Shown one piece after another: positions 9,309-20,600 of a DNA stretch of 64,000 nt. This stretch comes from an uncultured Chloroflexia bacterium (GTDB lineage: Bacteria > Chloroflexota > Chloroflexia > QHBQ01 > JADMIH01), in assembly GCA_963797095.1 (NCBI GenBank), contig CAWCNY010000001.1, forward strand, positions 480,001-544,000. The letters run 5' to 3'. The notes beneath the pieces are model-generated. The model had not been told where the DNA came from. It ran no database searches and was given only the letters and a program-made list of their open reading frames with translations. A program made the position numbers and the translations under genes. Each line of letters begins with the position of its first letter. Within the stretch, counting starts at the first letter, position 1.

Positions 9309-12300
9309 GCGTCCCACTGGCACCGTCACATTCCTGTTCACTGATATCGAGGGCTCAACCAAGCGCTGGGAAGTTCACCCTGATGCAATGCGCTCCGCCC
9401 TCGCTCGCCATAATGCCATCCTTCGGGGTGCCATAGAGGCATACGGTGGCTACATCTTCAAGACTGTGGGTGACGCTTACTGTGCCGCGTTCTCTTCTCC
9501 GCACAATGCCTTGAGCGCTGCACTCTCCACCCAACACGCTCTGCAAGAGGAAACCTGGCCGGAGGAGACAGGCTCAATCGCCGTCAGGATGGCTCTGCAC
9601 ACGGGTGCTGTGGAAGAGCAGGAGGGAGATTACTTCGGCCAGCCTCTCAACCGTGTTGCTCGCCTCGTCTCCGCAGGGTATGGAGGGCAGGTGCTCCTCA
9701 CCCGCGCAAGCGCGGAGCTTGTGAGGGACAGCCTTCCCGGGGTCAATCTCCTCGACATGGGAGAGCATCGGCTCAAGGATCTAATCAGTCCCGAGCACAT
9801 CTTCCAGGCGGTGGAGAGTGGCTTACCTTCACACTTCCCACCCCTCAAGACGCTGGATAACCGGCCCAATAACCTCCATCTACAGATCACCCCCCTCATT
9901 GGCAGGGAGAGAGAGCTCACCCAGTTGAAGGAGGTGCTGAGTTATGAGGATGTCAGGCTCGTGACCTTGACCGGGCCGGGTGGCATGGGTAAGACCCGCC
10001 TCGCTTTGCAGGTAGCCTCCGATCTGCTGGACGAATTCCCTGATGGAGTGTGGTTGGTGGAGCTTGCTGCCCTGACGGAGCCTAAGCTGGTGGTGACTAC
10101 CGTCGCTGCGGTGCTAGGTGTGAAGGAAGTGGGCAGTATCCCAATCATTGACACGCTCAAGGAGTACCTCAGAGACAAGAACCTGTTGTTGGTGCTGGAT
10201 AACTTCGAGCAGGTGGTGGAAGCAGGCAGGGAGGTGAGCTTGTTGATAGCGGCCTGCCCCAACCTCAAGGTGCTGACTACTAGCCGCATACCCCTCCATA
10301 TAAGGGGAGAAAAGGAGTATTCGGTGCCATCTCTTTCCACTCCAGATATAGGTTATCTGCGCCCTCTTCCGCCCCTGGAAAGCCTCACTCAGTATGAAGC
10401 AGTGCGGCTATTCATCGAGCGGGCCACAGATGTCAAGCCCGATTTCCTGTTGACCAACAACAATGCCCAAGCAGTGGTGGAGATATGCGCCCGCTTGGAC
10501 GGGCTGCCATTAGCCATAGAGCTGGCAGCAGCTCGCACGAAGCTCTTCCCGCCGCAGGCCCTCCTCTCCAGGCTATCCTCCACCTTATCAGGTCGCCTCA
10601 ATCTGCTGACCGGAGGAGCCAGAGACCTACCCGCCCGCCATCAAACCTTGCGCCGCACGATAGAGTGGAGTTACGACCTCCTCTCAGAGGGAGAGAAGCA
10701 GCTCTTTTGGAGAATGGCTCCCTTCAGCGGGGGGCGCACTTTGGAAGCGTTGGAAGAGGTATGCAATTACGACAGGAAGCTGCAGATGGACTTATTCGAT
10801 GGTGCCCAATCTCTCATAGACAATAGCCTGCTGCTGCAGAGGGAAGGGCAAGACGGAGAGCCAAGGTTTTGGATGCTGGAGACGATACACGAGTACGCAA
10901 TGGAGAAGCTAGAGGAGAGTGGGGAAGGAGAGGCACTGCACAAGGAGCACGCCCTCTATATGATGAGACTGGCGGAGGAGGCTGAGCATCATCTTGTGGG
11001 AGCTAAGCAGCAAGAATGGTTGGACCACCTGGAGGCAGAGCACGACAACATCAGGGCTGCTCTGCGCTGGACAATGGAGAGCAAGGAGGGACGGCACAAG
11101 GAAGCACAGCCCGGAGAAGATGAAGACGACGAGGCTGCACCCATCCATATCGGCCTAAGAATAGGTGGAGCGGTTGGGCGCTTCTGGTCTGTACGTGGTC
11201 ACTTCAGCGAGGGGCGAGCGCAGTTGAATGAATTGTTGGAGATGGAGAAAGTGCGGGGCGCACAAGCAGCAAAAGCCAACATGGTAGAATCAAGCGCGAA
11301 TGAACGGCAGACACGGGAAGCATACACAAAACGCAAGGCAATCAGTGCCAAGGTTCTCGATTGGGCAGGCATGCTAGCTTCGCAGCAAGGGGAACCGGCT
11401 CGCGCACGCTCCCTCTTTGAGGAGAGCCTGGCTATCGGACGGGAGTTGGGAGACAAGCGGGGCATTGCCTCATCGCTCCACAATCTGGGGAATTTGGTGT
11501 GGGATCAGGGGGACTACGCTTTGGCTCGCTCCATATCTGAGGAGAGCCTGGCTATCGGACGGGAATTGGGAGACAAGCGGGGCATTGCCTCATCGCTCCA
11601 CAATCTGGGGAATGTGGTCGCCGATCAGGGGGACTACGCTTCAGCCCGTGCGCTGTTTGAGGAGAGCCTGGCTATTCGGCGGGAACTGGGAGACAAGCGG
11701 GGCATTGCTATTTCACTCAACAATCTGGGAGCTGTGGCCTTGGATCAGCAAGATTACACGTCCGCGTGCTCCCTCTTTGAGGAGAGCCTGGCTATTCGGC
11801 GGGAACTGGGAGACAAGCGGGGCATCGGCTTATTGCTCAGCAATTTGGGAGCTGTGGCCTTGGCTCAGGGGGACTACGCTTCGGCTCGTGCGCTGTTTGA
11901 GGAGAGTTCTGACTATTCGGCGGGAACTGGGAGATAAATCGGGGATCGCCAATTCACTATCTGATCTGGGAGATGTGGCCTTGGCTCAGGGGGACTACGC
12001 TTCGGCTCGTTCGCATTACGAGGAATGCCTGGTTACGATGCGGGAACTGGGAAATAGGCTGGGCATCGCCGTATCGCTGGCCGGGCTTGGTGGTCTGGAG
12101 GTATCTATCGCGGGCAGTGCAAGCGGAGTGAGAGTGGCAACTGCACAAAGCAATGCAACATCTGAGACAAAAGTAGCGGACAAGCTAAAGAGGGGTGCCA
12201 AGCTGTTCGGGTCTGTGGATATACTGTTGGAGAGTACCCACATGGTGCTACCTTCAGATGACCGCCTGCCGTACGAGCACGGAATAGCCATCGCTCGGGA

Positions 12301-12394
12301 GCAACTTGGCGTTGAAGAATACGAGAAGGCATGGCAGGAGGGGCAGGCTATGAGTATGGAGCAGACTATCGAGTATGCCCTACGAGGGAGCTAG
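9301..12394 (+). pseudogene. Class III adenylate cyclase-STAND NTPase-TPR protein with +1 frameshift near 11907
   Basis: FLFTDIEGST, KTVGDA, DYFGQPLNRVAR; Walker A GPGGMGKT, LVLDNFEQ, GLPLAIELAA; TPRs. An extra T (GAGAGTTCTGACT versus repeat consensus GAGAGCCTGGCT) moves the C-terminus into the 11417..12394 frame. Confidence 0.88.
11416..12015 (+). repeat. Five near-identical 120-bp TPR-coding repeats
   Basis: TGAGGAGAG...GGGAGA(C/T)AA recurs every 120 bp from about 11416. Confidence 0.9.
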
Positions 12395-12449
12395 CGAAAA
12401 GCATGTCAAACGATCGCCAACATATCTGCGTCGGCTGTATTGCAACAAC

Positions 12450-12590
12450 CGAAGCAACTACTTTGATGAGCGAGAACGGCAGATGGTAGAGAAGCGGGCA
12501 GTCCGTCGCTTGGAGAGCCTTGGATACCAGGTGCAGCTTGTGCCTATTCAACAGGTTCAACAAGTGGCCTAACTCTTATTTTCAGAGGAG
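12450..12590 (+). mobile_element. 3' remnant of a second IS110-family element
   Basis: NYFDERERQMVEKRAVRRLESLGYQVQL resembles the first element's DYFEKRRPEATARRLAKQIEKLGFQVTL. Followed by ATTTTCAGAGG-AG end. Confidence 0.8.
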
Positions 12591-14777
12591 TTACGCTCGA
12601 TACGTCTAGCATTTAGGGAATATGGGATTGCCCAACGGGCCGAGAGGCCCAGGGTAACGGAGCCTCCGTAGTACTCAGAGGACGGGAAAGCCGTCCACAT
12701 TGACCAGGGTACGTCCACGTGAAACCACGTGAGGATTTCATGTTGAACGTAACCAGGCGGGGAAGGGAGGCAGGTGCTTTGAAACCCAGCAAGAGAGGTA
12801 CTCGAGATGAGAAACGCCGAAACTGTACTGGGGATAATCCAGGATCGCGGCAGGAGAGGACTGCTGCTAGAAGATGTCTATCGACAACTGTTCAACCCGC
12901 AACTGTACCTGCTCGCCTATGGCAAGATTTACCGAAACAAAGGAGCGACGACACCGGGAACGACACCGGAAACTGTGGATGGAATGTCCATGATGAAAAT
13001 CGATGCCATCATCGAAGCCTTACGCTTCGAGAGATACAGATGAACACCGGTGAGGCGTATCTACATCGAGAAAAAGCACTCCAAAGGGAAGCCCCAGAGG
13101 AAGTCTCAAGGAAAAGCAATCTCGAAAAAGAAGCGCCCCCTCGGAATACCCGCATGGTCAGACAAACTGTTGGCGGAGGTAATACGCCTCATCCTTGAAG
13201 CATACTACGAACCGCAATTCAGCCCATCTTCCCACGGTTTTCGCCCTGACCGAGGTTGCCACACAGCGCTACGGGAAATCTACCATAAATGGGTGGGCAC
13301 AAAGTGGTTCGTGGAGGGCGACATTTCCGACTGTTTTGGCTCGCTGGATCACACCATCATGATGTCAATACTCAGGGAAAAGCTCCACGATAACCGCTTT
13401 CTGCGCTTGATTGAAGGTTTGCTCAAGGCCGGATATTTGGAAGGGTGGAGATACAACGCCACGCTCAGTGGTAGTGCACAAGGCTCGGTACTTAGCCCCA
13501 TCCTCGCCAATATCTACCTTGCCAAACTGGATAAGTATGTCGAGACGACGCTCTTGTCAACCTACAACCAAGGGAACCGACGCAAGATCAACCCGGAGTA
13601 TCTCCGGCTACGCGCCAGTGTCACGAGGCTAAAACGGATGGGGAAAAAAGAGCAAGCACACAAGTTGCGTCGTCAGATGCAGCAGCTACCCTCCCTTGAC
13701 CCCAACGACCCAGCCTACAGACGGTTGCGCTACATACGGTATGCAGACGATGTGCTTGTGGGTTTCAGCGGCCCACGTAAGGAAGCTGAAGAAATCAAGC
13801 AACTCCTCAAAGAGTTTTTGGGTGATGAACTCAAGCTGACCCTCTCAGAGGAGAAAACGTTGATCACCCATGCACGGAGCAAAGCTGCACGCTTTCTGGG
13901 TTATGAGGTCGTAGTGCTCAACAACGACCACAAACTGGACCGGCGTGGACATCGGAGCATCAACGGCCAGATCGGGCTGAAAGTACCCTCGGACGTAGTA
14001 CGTGCGAAATCTACTGGCTACCTGCACAACGGCAAACCGATACACCGAACGGAACTTATCCACGACAGCGTGTACAGCATCATGGCACAGTACCAGGCGG
14101 AGTACCGGGGCATTGTGGAGTACTATCGGCTGGCTTACAACCTGCACCAACTCAACCGGCTGAGGTGGGTGATGGAACGGTCGCTAACTCAAACACTGGC
14201 ACACAAGCTACGCATCAGCGTGAGCAAAATCTACCACCGTTACCAAACCAACATTCAGACAGAAGCGGGTCCACGTGTTGGCCTGCAAGTGGCGGTTGAG
14301 CGCGGAGAGGGAAAGAAGCCACTGATAGCGAAGTGGGGCGGTATTACTCTCGCACGGAATATGAAAGCAGTCCTCAACGACCAACCTACACGTGTTTGGG
14401 GATCACACTCACACACAGAGCTAGAAAAACGGTTCCTGGCAGACACTTGTGAGCTATGCGGCTCACGTGAAGATGTCGAGGTACACCATATTCGAGCACT
14501 AAAAGACCTCAAACGAAAGGGACGTGCTGATAGACCTGAATGGGTGAAAGTGATGGCGGCACGCCAACGCAAGACGCTGGTGGTCTGCCGAGCATGTCAC
14601 GATGAAATCCACAGAGGGAAACTAACACAGCATACACTACCACGAGTACAACACGAAGCCGCTAATGGAAATGGAGAAGCACTGGAGAGCCGGGTACTCC
14701 GAAAGGCGTAAGCCCGGTTTGGGGAGGGGCGGACAGAAAAGTATCGGTAACGACAACTCGCTGGCCGCCTACTCTAC
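12591..14777 (+). mobile_element. Group II intron (inner), 5'-truncated
   Basis: DIII-like GAGGACGGGAAAGCCGTCCAC...GGGGAAGGG, DV GAGCCGGGTACTCCGAAAGGCGTAAGCCCGGTTT (about 14687-14720), DVI ending CTACTCTAC. No GTGCG 5' end found. Confidence 0.88.
12807..14711 (+). pseudogene. LtrA-like RT/maturase/HNH protein with in-frame stop
   Basis: RPLGIP, SHGFRP, EGDISDCF, RYADD, HNH CELC...HH...CRACH. TGA at 13041-13043 replaces a likely Trp; PQG reads AQG. Confidence 0.9.
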
Positions 14778-15757
14778 TTCGTGGTCATGCACGAGAAATT
14801 GGAGGTTATTGAGCGATGTCAACAAATCGTGACAGAATGGCTCAAGGGCATGGGGTTGGAACTGAAACCCAGTAAAACCCGTATCACGCACACACTACAC
14901 ACCTACCAGGGAAACACCGGGTTCGACTTTCTCGGTTTCTCGGTCCGACAATTTCCAGTGGGCAAGACCCACACAGGAAAGAACGGACAGGGCCGAAAGC
15001 TAGGGTTCAAGACCATCATCAGACCAAGCGAAGAAGCTCAGAAACGACACGCCAAAGCACTTGGTGATATCATCCGGAAGATGCGAGGGATCAGTCAGAT
15101 CGACCTGATAACTCTGCTAAATCCAAAGATACGAGGGTGGTGTAATTATCACTCCACCGTCATATCCGGGAAGGTATTCAGCAAGATGAGTGACGTGCTG
15201 TACCATCAGCTAAGACGCTGGGCACAACGCCGTCACCCCAAGAAATCCAAAAGATGGATTGCCAACTGCTACTGGCACCCAAATGAGGGCAAATGGGATT
15301 TTGCATGCAAAGAAGGAAGGCTAATCCAACATAGGGAGATACCTATCAGAAGGCATGTGAAAGTACAGGGTGTCAAAAGCCCTTATGACGGAGATTGGGC
15401 CTACTGGGGCCGAAGGCTACAGCGCTACCCTGGATTGCACCCGATGGTAGCACAGCTACTAAAGAGGCAGGAAGGGAAATGCGCCTGGTGTGGATTGCAA
15501 TTGAGAAGTGAAGAAATCATGGAGCGTGACCATGACGTCCCAATCGTACTGGGAGGTGGACATGGTATCACAAACCGTAGACTACTTCACGGGTATTGTC
15601 ACGACGCAAAGACAGCTCAGGATGGTTCTTCAACCTCTAGAGTTGTCAGAAGTTCCAAAGTTAGGGACCGTAGGACTGAGGAGCCGGATGAGGCGAACAG
15701 TCTCATGTCCGGTTTTGTAGGCGGGCGGGAGGCAGTGATGCCTCTCGCCTAGCCAGC
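14778..15757 (+). mobile_element. 3' half of a second (outer) group II intron: RT C-terminus, X, HNH, DV, DVI
   Basis: Begins FVVMHEK...GLELKPSKTRITH...GFDFLGF, LNPKIRGWCNY, CAWC...DH...H..CHD. DV GAGCCGGATGAGGCGAACAGTCTCATGTCCGGTTT starts at 15681. Confidence 0.88.
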
Positions 15758-15870
15758 GCAGCAAACCTTCTCTGCGACAACCTAATATATGGCGAGTTGA
15801 GCTTTAGATACTTTAGCGGGGCGAAACGCGCTTCCCGGTCGCGCACTGCTCACCATTTTTGGGCGTGGCC

Positions 15871-16129
15871 TTAATACTGTCGCCTGGGAAGGTCCTGGGC
15901 AGCGGTGTCCTGGCGAAAGATATCCTCTTTGGACCTGACCCACTTTTCGACCGGCTCGTTGTTCGCCGGCTTCAGCGCGGTCTCGAAGAACTGCGGCCCG
16001 AGCAGCGGGTTGCACTCAATAGTCGCGTTCAGCTTGCCCGCGATCATCGCCTCGAAGGCGGCGCGTTCGGCATCGACCGACACGATTTTGATGTCGACGC
16101 CGGGTTTGAGGCCATATTCTTCCAGGGCC
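15871..16129 (-). pseudogene. C-terminal fragment of a sugar ABC binding protein (YtfQ-like)
   Basis: ALEEYGLKPGVDIKIVSVDA...GKLNATIECNPLLGPQ...RQY; 5' part replaced by an IS end. Confidence 0.75.
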
Positions 16130-16607
16130 TGTTCTGGCTACATACCTCATCCGTGCCTGAGAGCCACACATCAAACTCGAGAAGCTGTGCGTCTTCAGAT
16201 TTTCCATTGGCATAGCGAGTGCGCAACGATTAGAATCTTTCCGTCGTCCTTCGCTGGACAATTCCTGTTTGGGAGAAGCACCGCAATTGGTCGAGTTCGT
16301 TCAGTTCCTCATGCTCCTTGTCATCCCCGCATTCTGGCAGAATATTGTTAGCCGGGTTTGGAAAAGACCAACAGCTGACTCGTCTCTCACAGGCGTAGTG
16401 GCTGGCGCTATGGCAGGAGCGATCATGGACCTTTGCCGCAGTAAGCGAGAACTCATAGTGGAGAATGCCTTGCTACGCCAGCAGTTGGTCGTTTTGCGCC
16501 GCCAGGTCAACCGACCTCAACTCACCACTACTGACAGAACTCTGCTGGTGCTGTTGGCTGGTAGGCTTCGAATGTGGAAGAGCGCCTTGCTCATCGTCGG
16601 CCCTTGA
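16130..16607 (+). pseudogene. 5' fragment of an rve (integrase-core) IS
   Basis: ELIVENALLRQQLVVLRRQVNRPQLT...LLIV, same family as the element at 37894-39823; truncated. Confidence 0.7.
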
Positions 16608-16924
16608 GTAGCAACGGAACAGGATTGTACGCCGGGTGTGGGTCAGAATTCGTATCCCTTGTTCACCCAATAGTGCCAATCCTCTATCGCCTGTTGGGTC
16701 TCCTCGTCTACCTCGATCCCTTCCAATTGGGACAGCGGCACGGCAAGCTCTCGCCCCGACCACTTGATCATGACGAACATCTCGTGCTCGCACTCCTCTT
16801 CGGCAGGCATCCCGACCACCTCCACTTCCTCGCTTACCCGTAGCGGCGATATGCGCCTCTCCACTACACATTTGGCGCGAAACGGGAGCTGGAGTCTTTC
16901 CTCCAGATAGTAGTACCAGCTTAG

Positions 16925-18676
16925 CTTATGATTTAACCAGGAGGGTGGCAATTGGCAGGTAAGGTGGTCATTTTGCGAGAGAGGGAGCGTACTGGATTCG
17001 CTATGGAATCCAACGCTCTGTACTCTCTTGATGCTTTGGCTACATTTCGCGCTTCCCTCTATGCTTGTTTTTCCAAACGAGCCGATGCTCTGTTTGAGCT
17101 TACCGATGCTATCATAACGGGCGGGCCTCTGCCATCTCCGGTGCAACTGAGCCTTGAGCCAGTGCATCGGCGGGGCTGGGGTAGCCTGTACGCGGCCCTC
17201 TCCGAAGGTCAAATCGATGTTGATCGCCTCAGAACCCTGCTTGCTGAGCACCCACTGCACCCTTTGGACATGGATAACTCAAACTCTAGAACAGTCTACG
17301 CAGTAGATGTCAGCGTATGGCCGCGGTGTGATGCCGAAGCAAGCCCAGATCGAGGCTTCTACTACCACCCCTCTCGCCACTCGGCCGGTCAGCCCATCGT
17401 GGCTGGTTGGGCTTATCAATGGATCGCTCAGCTCGGTTTTACCCGCGATAGCTGGACTGCGCCTCTCGATGTGCGTCGTGTTCACCCCAATGAGAACCTC
17501 CACGTGGTTGCTGTACAGCAGATCGGGCAAATGCTTGCTTCGCTCGGTCCGGAGCTGGACACAGATCAACAAGCTGCCTCTCCAACCGCTCTAACACCTC
17601 TATTCGCATTTGATGCCGGGTACGATCCGGTGCAACTGGCTGAAGAGCTTGCCAACTCTGATAACCCTGACTTGGCGGCTTCTGTTTCTATCCTGGTTAG
17701 GTTGCGCTGTGGTCGTTGCTTCTATGCAGACCCCCTTTCCCCTGCTGAGTGTGGCACTGGACGGGGCACTTTGGGTGGTCGCCCACGTCGGCATGGTCGC
17801 AAGTTCGAGTGCTACAACCCGGCCACCTGGCCCACTCCCACCCTTGAGCATTGATGCGAGGATAGTCAATACGGAAGTGTGAGGGTGCGAGCGTGGTGTG
17901 GCTTGCACCCCAAGACCCAAAACCACCCCACTCATGGCACCCGCCAACCCCGCCAACCCCGCCAACCCCGACCTATATCTAAGGGCATGTTGGTGCTGGT
18001 TGAAGTCTCTCGGCTGCCCAGAAAGACGCGAGAGCCACAGGTGCTTTGGTTGTGGTACTCAGGCCCTGACGCAAATGAGCCAGGCTTGGATCTGTTAGAT
18101 ATGCTCTGGCGTTCCTATGTCAGACGCTTCGTCTTGGAACACACCTTCATCTTCATCTTCATCTTGGAACACACCTTCCGCTTCATCTTCATCTTGGAAC
18201 ACACCTTCCGCTTCATCTTCATCTTGGAACACACCTTCCGCTTCATCAAACAAACCCTCAACTGGACGGTGCCTCGCGTTCGACTACCTCAGCAAGCCGA
18301 CCGTTGGAGCTGGCTTATTATCGCCGCTTACACTCAACTGCGTCTTGCCAGAAGCTGCGTGACTGACCAACGTCTGCCCTGGGAGAGACCACTTGAGGCA
18401 GGCAAGCTGACTCCTTACCGAGTGAGGCGGAGGTTTTGGACACTTCTGCTAGAGGTGGGTACTCCGGCGAAGTTGCCAAAACCGTGTGGACGCTCGCCTG
18501 GCAGACCCAAGGGACGACGTTCAGGGCCCGCTCGACGCTATCCAGCCATCAAAAAGGCTGCATGAGCGTACATGAGCGGGCCATCGGTGGCAATTTGAGC
18601 GTTTGGTAGTTGGTTGTTAAGGTATCGGCAAAAGTCGATCAAGCTCTTGCCGGTTTCGTGACGGTTAAATCATAAG
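16925..18676 (+). mobile_element. IS701-like DDE element; transposase 17003-18565 with in-frame stop
   Basis: 14-bp perfect IR CTTATGATTTAACC, 5-bp TSD CTTAG (16920-16924 / 18677-18681). Motifs AVDVSVWPR, FDAGYD, EHTFRFIKQ; TGA at 17852-17854. Confidence 0.88.
18127..18246. repeat. 30-bp tandem repeat x4 across the catalytic Glu motif
   Basis: CTTCATCTTGGAACACACCTTCCGCTTCAT (FILEHTFRFI), first copy slightly divergent. Confidence 0.92.
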
Positions 18677-18927
18677 CTTAGAGCACGTTCTTCTTCCCCA
18701 TACGCGTCAACTACTATCTCCATTTCAATTCGCTCTTCTCGCTCCTCGTCACTCTTGCCTTTGGGCATTTCATTCCCCCGTCGCTATCGCCGATATTGCC
18801 AAGCGAGTATTCTCCCTGACAAACGTCTCACAATGTATGGCAGTGCATACTGCATACACGCTCAAAAGCGCGTTGCTGCCTTGGAACCACGTGACCCCGC
18901 TGTCACCACCCCAACCACCCCGACCGG

Positions 18928-19242
18928 CTACGCTTCGCCTTCGCTCCCTTCGGCTTCCTCGCCGAATTGTTCGCGCATCCAGTTTGCCAGCCCTTCCTCC
19001 AGATCATGCAGCATGTCATCCATCGACGCGTACTCACTCTGCTCCTGTCCCTCCCACACCATTCCACCGCCATCCAACGCTCCTACAAACGAGTGGCTGT
19101 ATTCATCCTTTCCTATCTCAATCCAGCCATACCTCTTCACCCAGCGAGTGAGCCGAGGGTATAACTCCTCCAAGGATCGCTCCGACTGCTTAGGTTGCTT
19201 AGGTTGCTCAGACGGCCCGGATTGCTTGGACCGCTCGTGCAT
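18928..19242 (-). CDS. Hypothetical protein (passenger gene)
   Basis: 104 aa, co-oriented with the TA genes; protein-like core YPRLTRWV...GWIEIG...GGMVWEG. Confidence 0.7.
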   Translation of the reverse strand: MHERSKQSGPSEQPKQPKQSERSLEELYPRLTRWVKRYGWIEIGKDEYSHSFVGALDGGGMVWEGQEQSEYASMDDMLHDLEEGLANWMREQFGEEAEGSEGEA

Positions 19243-19299
19243 TGGCTTGTCCTTGGGTTTAGTCTTGCGGGTTGGTATAGAGGCATACCTGCCAGGTTG

Positions 19300-19821
19300 C
19301 TAGGGTACGACAGTTACGGTGCCAAACTGCCGGAAATGGTGGTCGAAGGAGAAAGCATGTGTGAGGCCTAGCTTCTCAATCACGACTTTGCTCGTGCAGT
19401 CTGTGAAACTCCATTCCTTATCCTCATACTGCCTGAAGACTTGCCATGCTGCCCCGATATCTTCAGGTGTGAGATAATACAGCCTCACGGCGCTGTTGCC
19501 CTTGCCATCACCATCGCCCCCCGTGGCACCACTACTCCCGGTGGCTTCATTGCCTGCGGCTCCGGCGGAACCAGCCTCGCCAACGCGGGCTTCGCCAGTG
19601 CGATCCTCGACAATATGGATGCCACCAAACAGCAGCGAACCCAATTGCCGAGCACGAGCCGGTTCACCACGGGTCTTCAGCAGTGTCAACAACTCGTCGA
19701 GCACGTAGTCGGTGGTCACAAGTATCTGCCTGTTGCTGCGCATCCAGGGTTCAGCCTGCGGATGATACTCGTCATCGGGCGAGACATAGCCAACCCACCC
19801 GCCAGTGTCCACGAAGATCAA
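19300..19821 (-). CDS. PIN-domain (VapC-like) toxin
   Basis: MIFVDTGGW, TTDYVLDE, SFTDCTS, FSFDHHF; about 35-aa Gly/Ala-rich insert. Confidence 0.9.
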   Translation of the reverse strand: MIFVDTGGWVGYVSPDDEYHPQAEPWMRSNRQILVTTDYVLDELLTLLKTRGEPARARQLGSLLFGGIHIVEDRTGEARVGEAGSAGAAGNEATGSSGATGGDGDGKGNSAVRLYYLTPEDIGAAWQVFRQYEDKEWSFTDCTSKVVIEKLGLTHAFSFDHHFRQFGTVTVVP

Positions 19822-20189
19822 GGCATTTTCCCCTGCTTGGGATACAAGATGGCGTCATGGTTGCGTACCGTGTGCGGTTGTCTAGCACTCTGTAGCGGCA
19901 GGGCAGCAATACTGTTCAGTTCATTGAGGAACGCCGCGTACGAAGTCTCGTCGACTTCTCTCGCCTCCCTAGCTTCCTCCGGTTGCTCTTGTTCGGTTGA
20001 GGGGGAAGAGGGGGTAGCAGGAGTAGAGGGGGTAGCGGTTCCAGCGGCGTCTATCGCCCCAATTACAGTGGTTAGGGTCACTTCGAGGCGTGTCCCTTCT
20101 TCCAAATCCAGTGGATGCACGGGACGAAGAACACCCTTCTCATACACCACTTCTATCTGTTCAGCTTCAATAGGTTCGATGGGTGGCAT
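19818..20189 (-). CDS. DUF104/AF2212-like antitoxin
   Basis: IEVVYEKGVLRPVHPLDLEEG; 4-bp overlap with the PIN gene. Confidence 0.82.
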   Translation of the reverse strand: MPPIEPIEAEQIEVVYEKGVLRPVHPLDLEEGTRLEVTLTTVIGAIDAAGTATPSTPATPSSPSTEQEQPEEAREAREVDETSYAAFLNELNSIAALPLQSARQPHTVRNHDAILYPKQGKMP

Positions 20190-20290
20190 TGATACCCTCC
20201 TGTCCTAACCGTTGGCTTCTAACCATGATAGTGTTCATATGCTTGTCCCTGTTCCCATTTCCTGCCTCTTCACCTACCTGTTACCTGCGC

Positions 20291-20600
20291 TCACCTGTGA
20301 TCCTGCCGTCGACGCCAGGCGCGGATCTCTGCATCTGCCACTGTATCTGTTTGCTCTGCGTAGCGCAAGGTCGTTTGGAGGTTCTTGTGCCCCAGCCGCA
20401 AGCGGCTGGTAGTTAAGCTTACTCCATCGTTGACCAACTCGGTGGCATGGGTGTGTCGAAGTTGGTGCAAAGTGCATCCAATTCCTGCTTTTGCACAGTA
20501 GCCTGCCCACCGCTCCTGGACCGATTGGTAGCGCAGCAGTCCACCCCGCCCGTTCTTCTCCGCACGGAACAACGGTCCATGCTTGTATCCTGCCTGCTTG
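20291..20600 (-). pseudogene. Tyrosine recombinase C-terminal fragment
   Basis: LHQLRHTHATEL...LGHKNLQTTLRY; the N-terminal half is absent. Confidence 0.85.

Larger units (their letters stand above)
16643..18768 (-). pseudogene. CcbP-like (calcium-binding family) gene split by an IS
   Basis: MPKGKSDEEREERIEMEIVVDAYGEEERAL (from 18768) joins SWYYYLEERLQLPF...AIEDWHYW (to 16643). Removing the IS and one TSD restores a 122-aa ORF. Confidence 0.82.

Noticed and set aside
12807-15752. RTs as DGR, retron or defence RT
   Set aside because: Both have maturase and HNH domains followed by DV/DVI; I saw no TR/VR pair or msr-msd.
13041-17854. Two in-frame TGA codons as a sign of an alternative genetic code
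   Set aside because: TGA is a normal stop for many intact genes here, and both cases are in decaying elements.
18127-18246. 30-bp repeats as a possible CRISPR array
   Set aside because: Spacerless in-frame duplication of transposase sequence.
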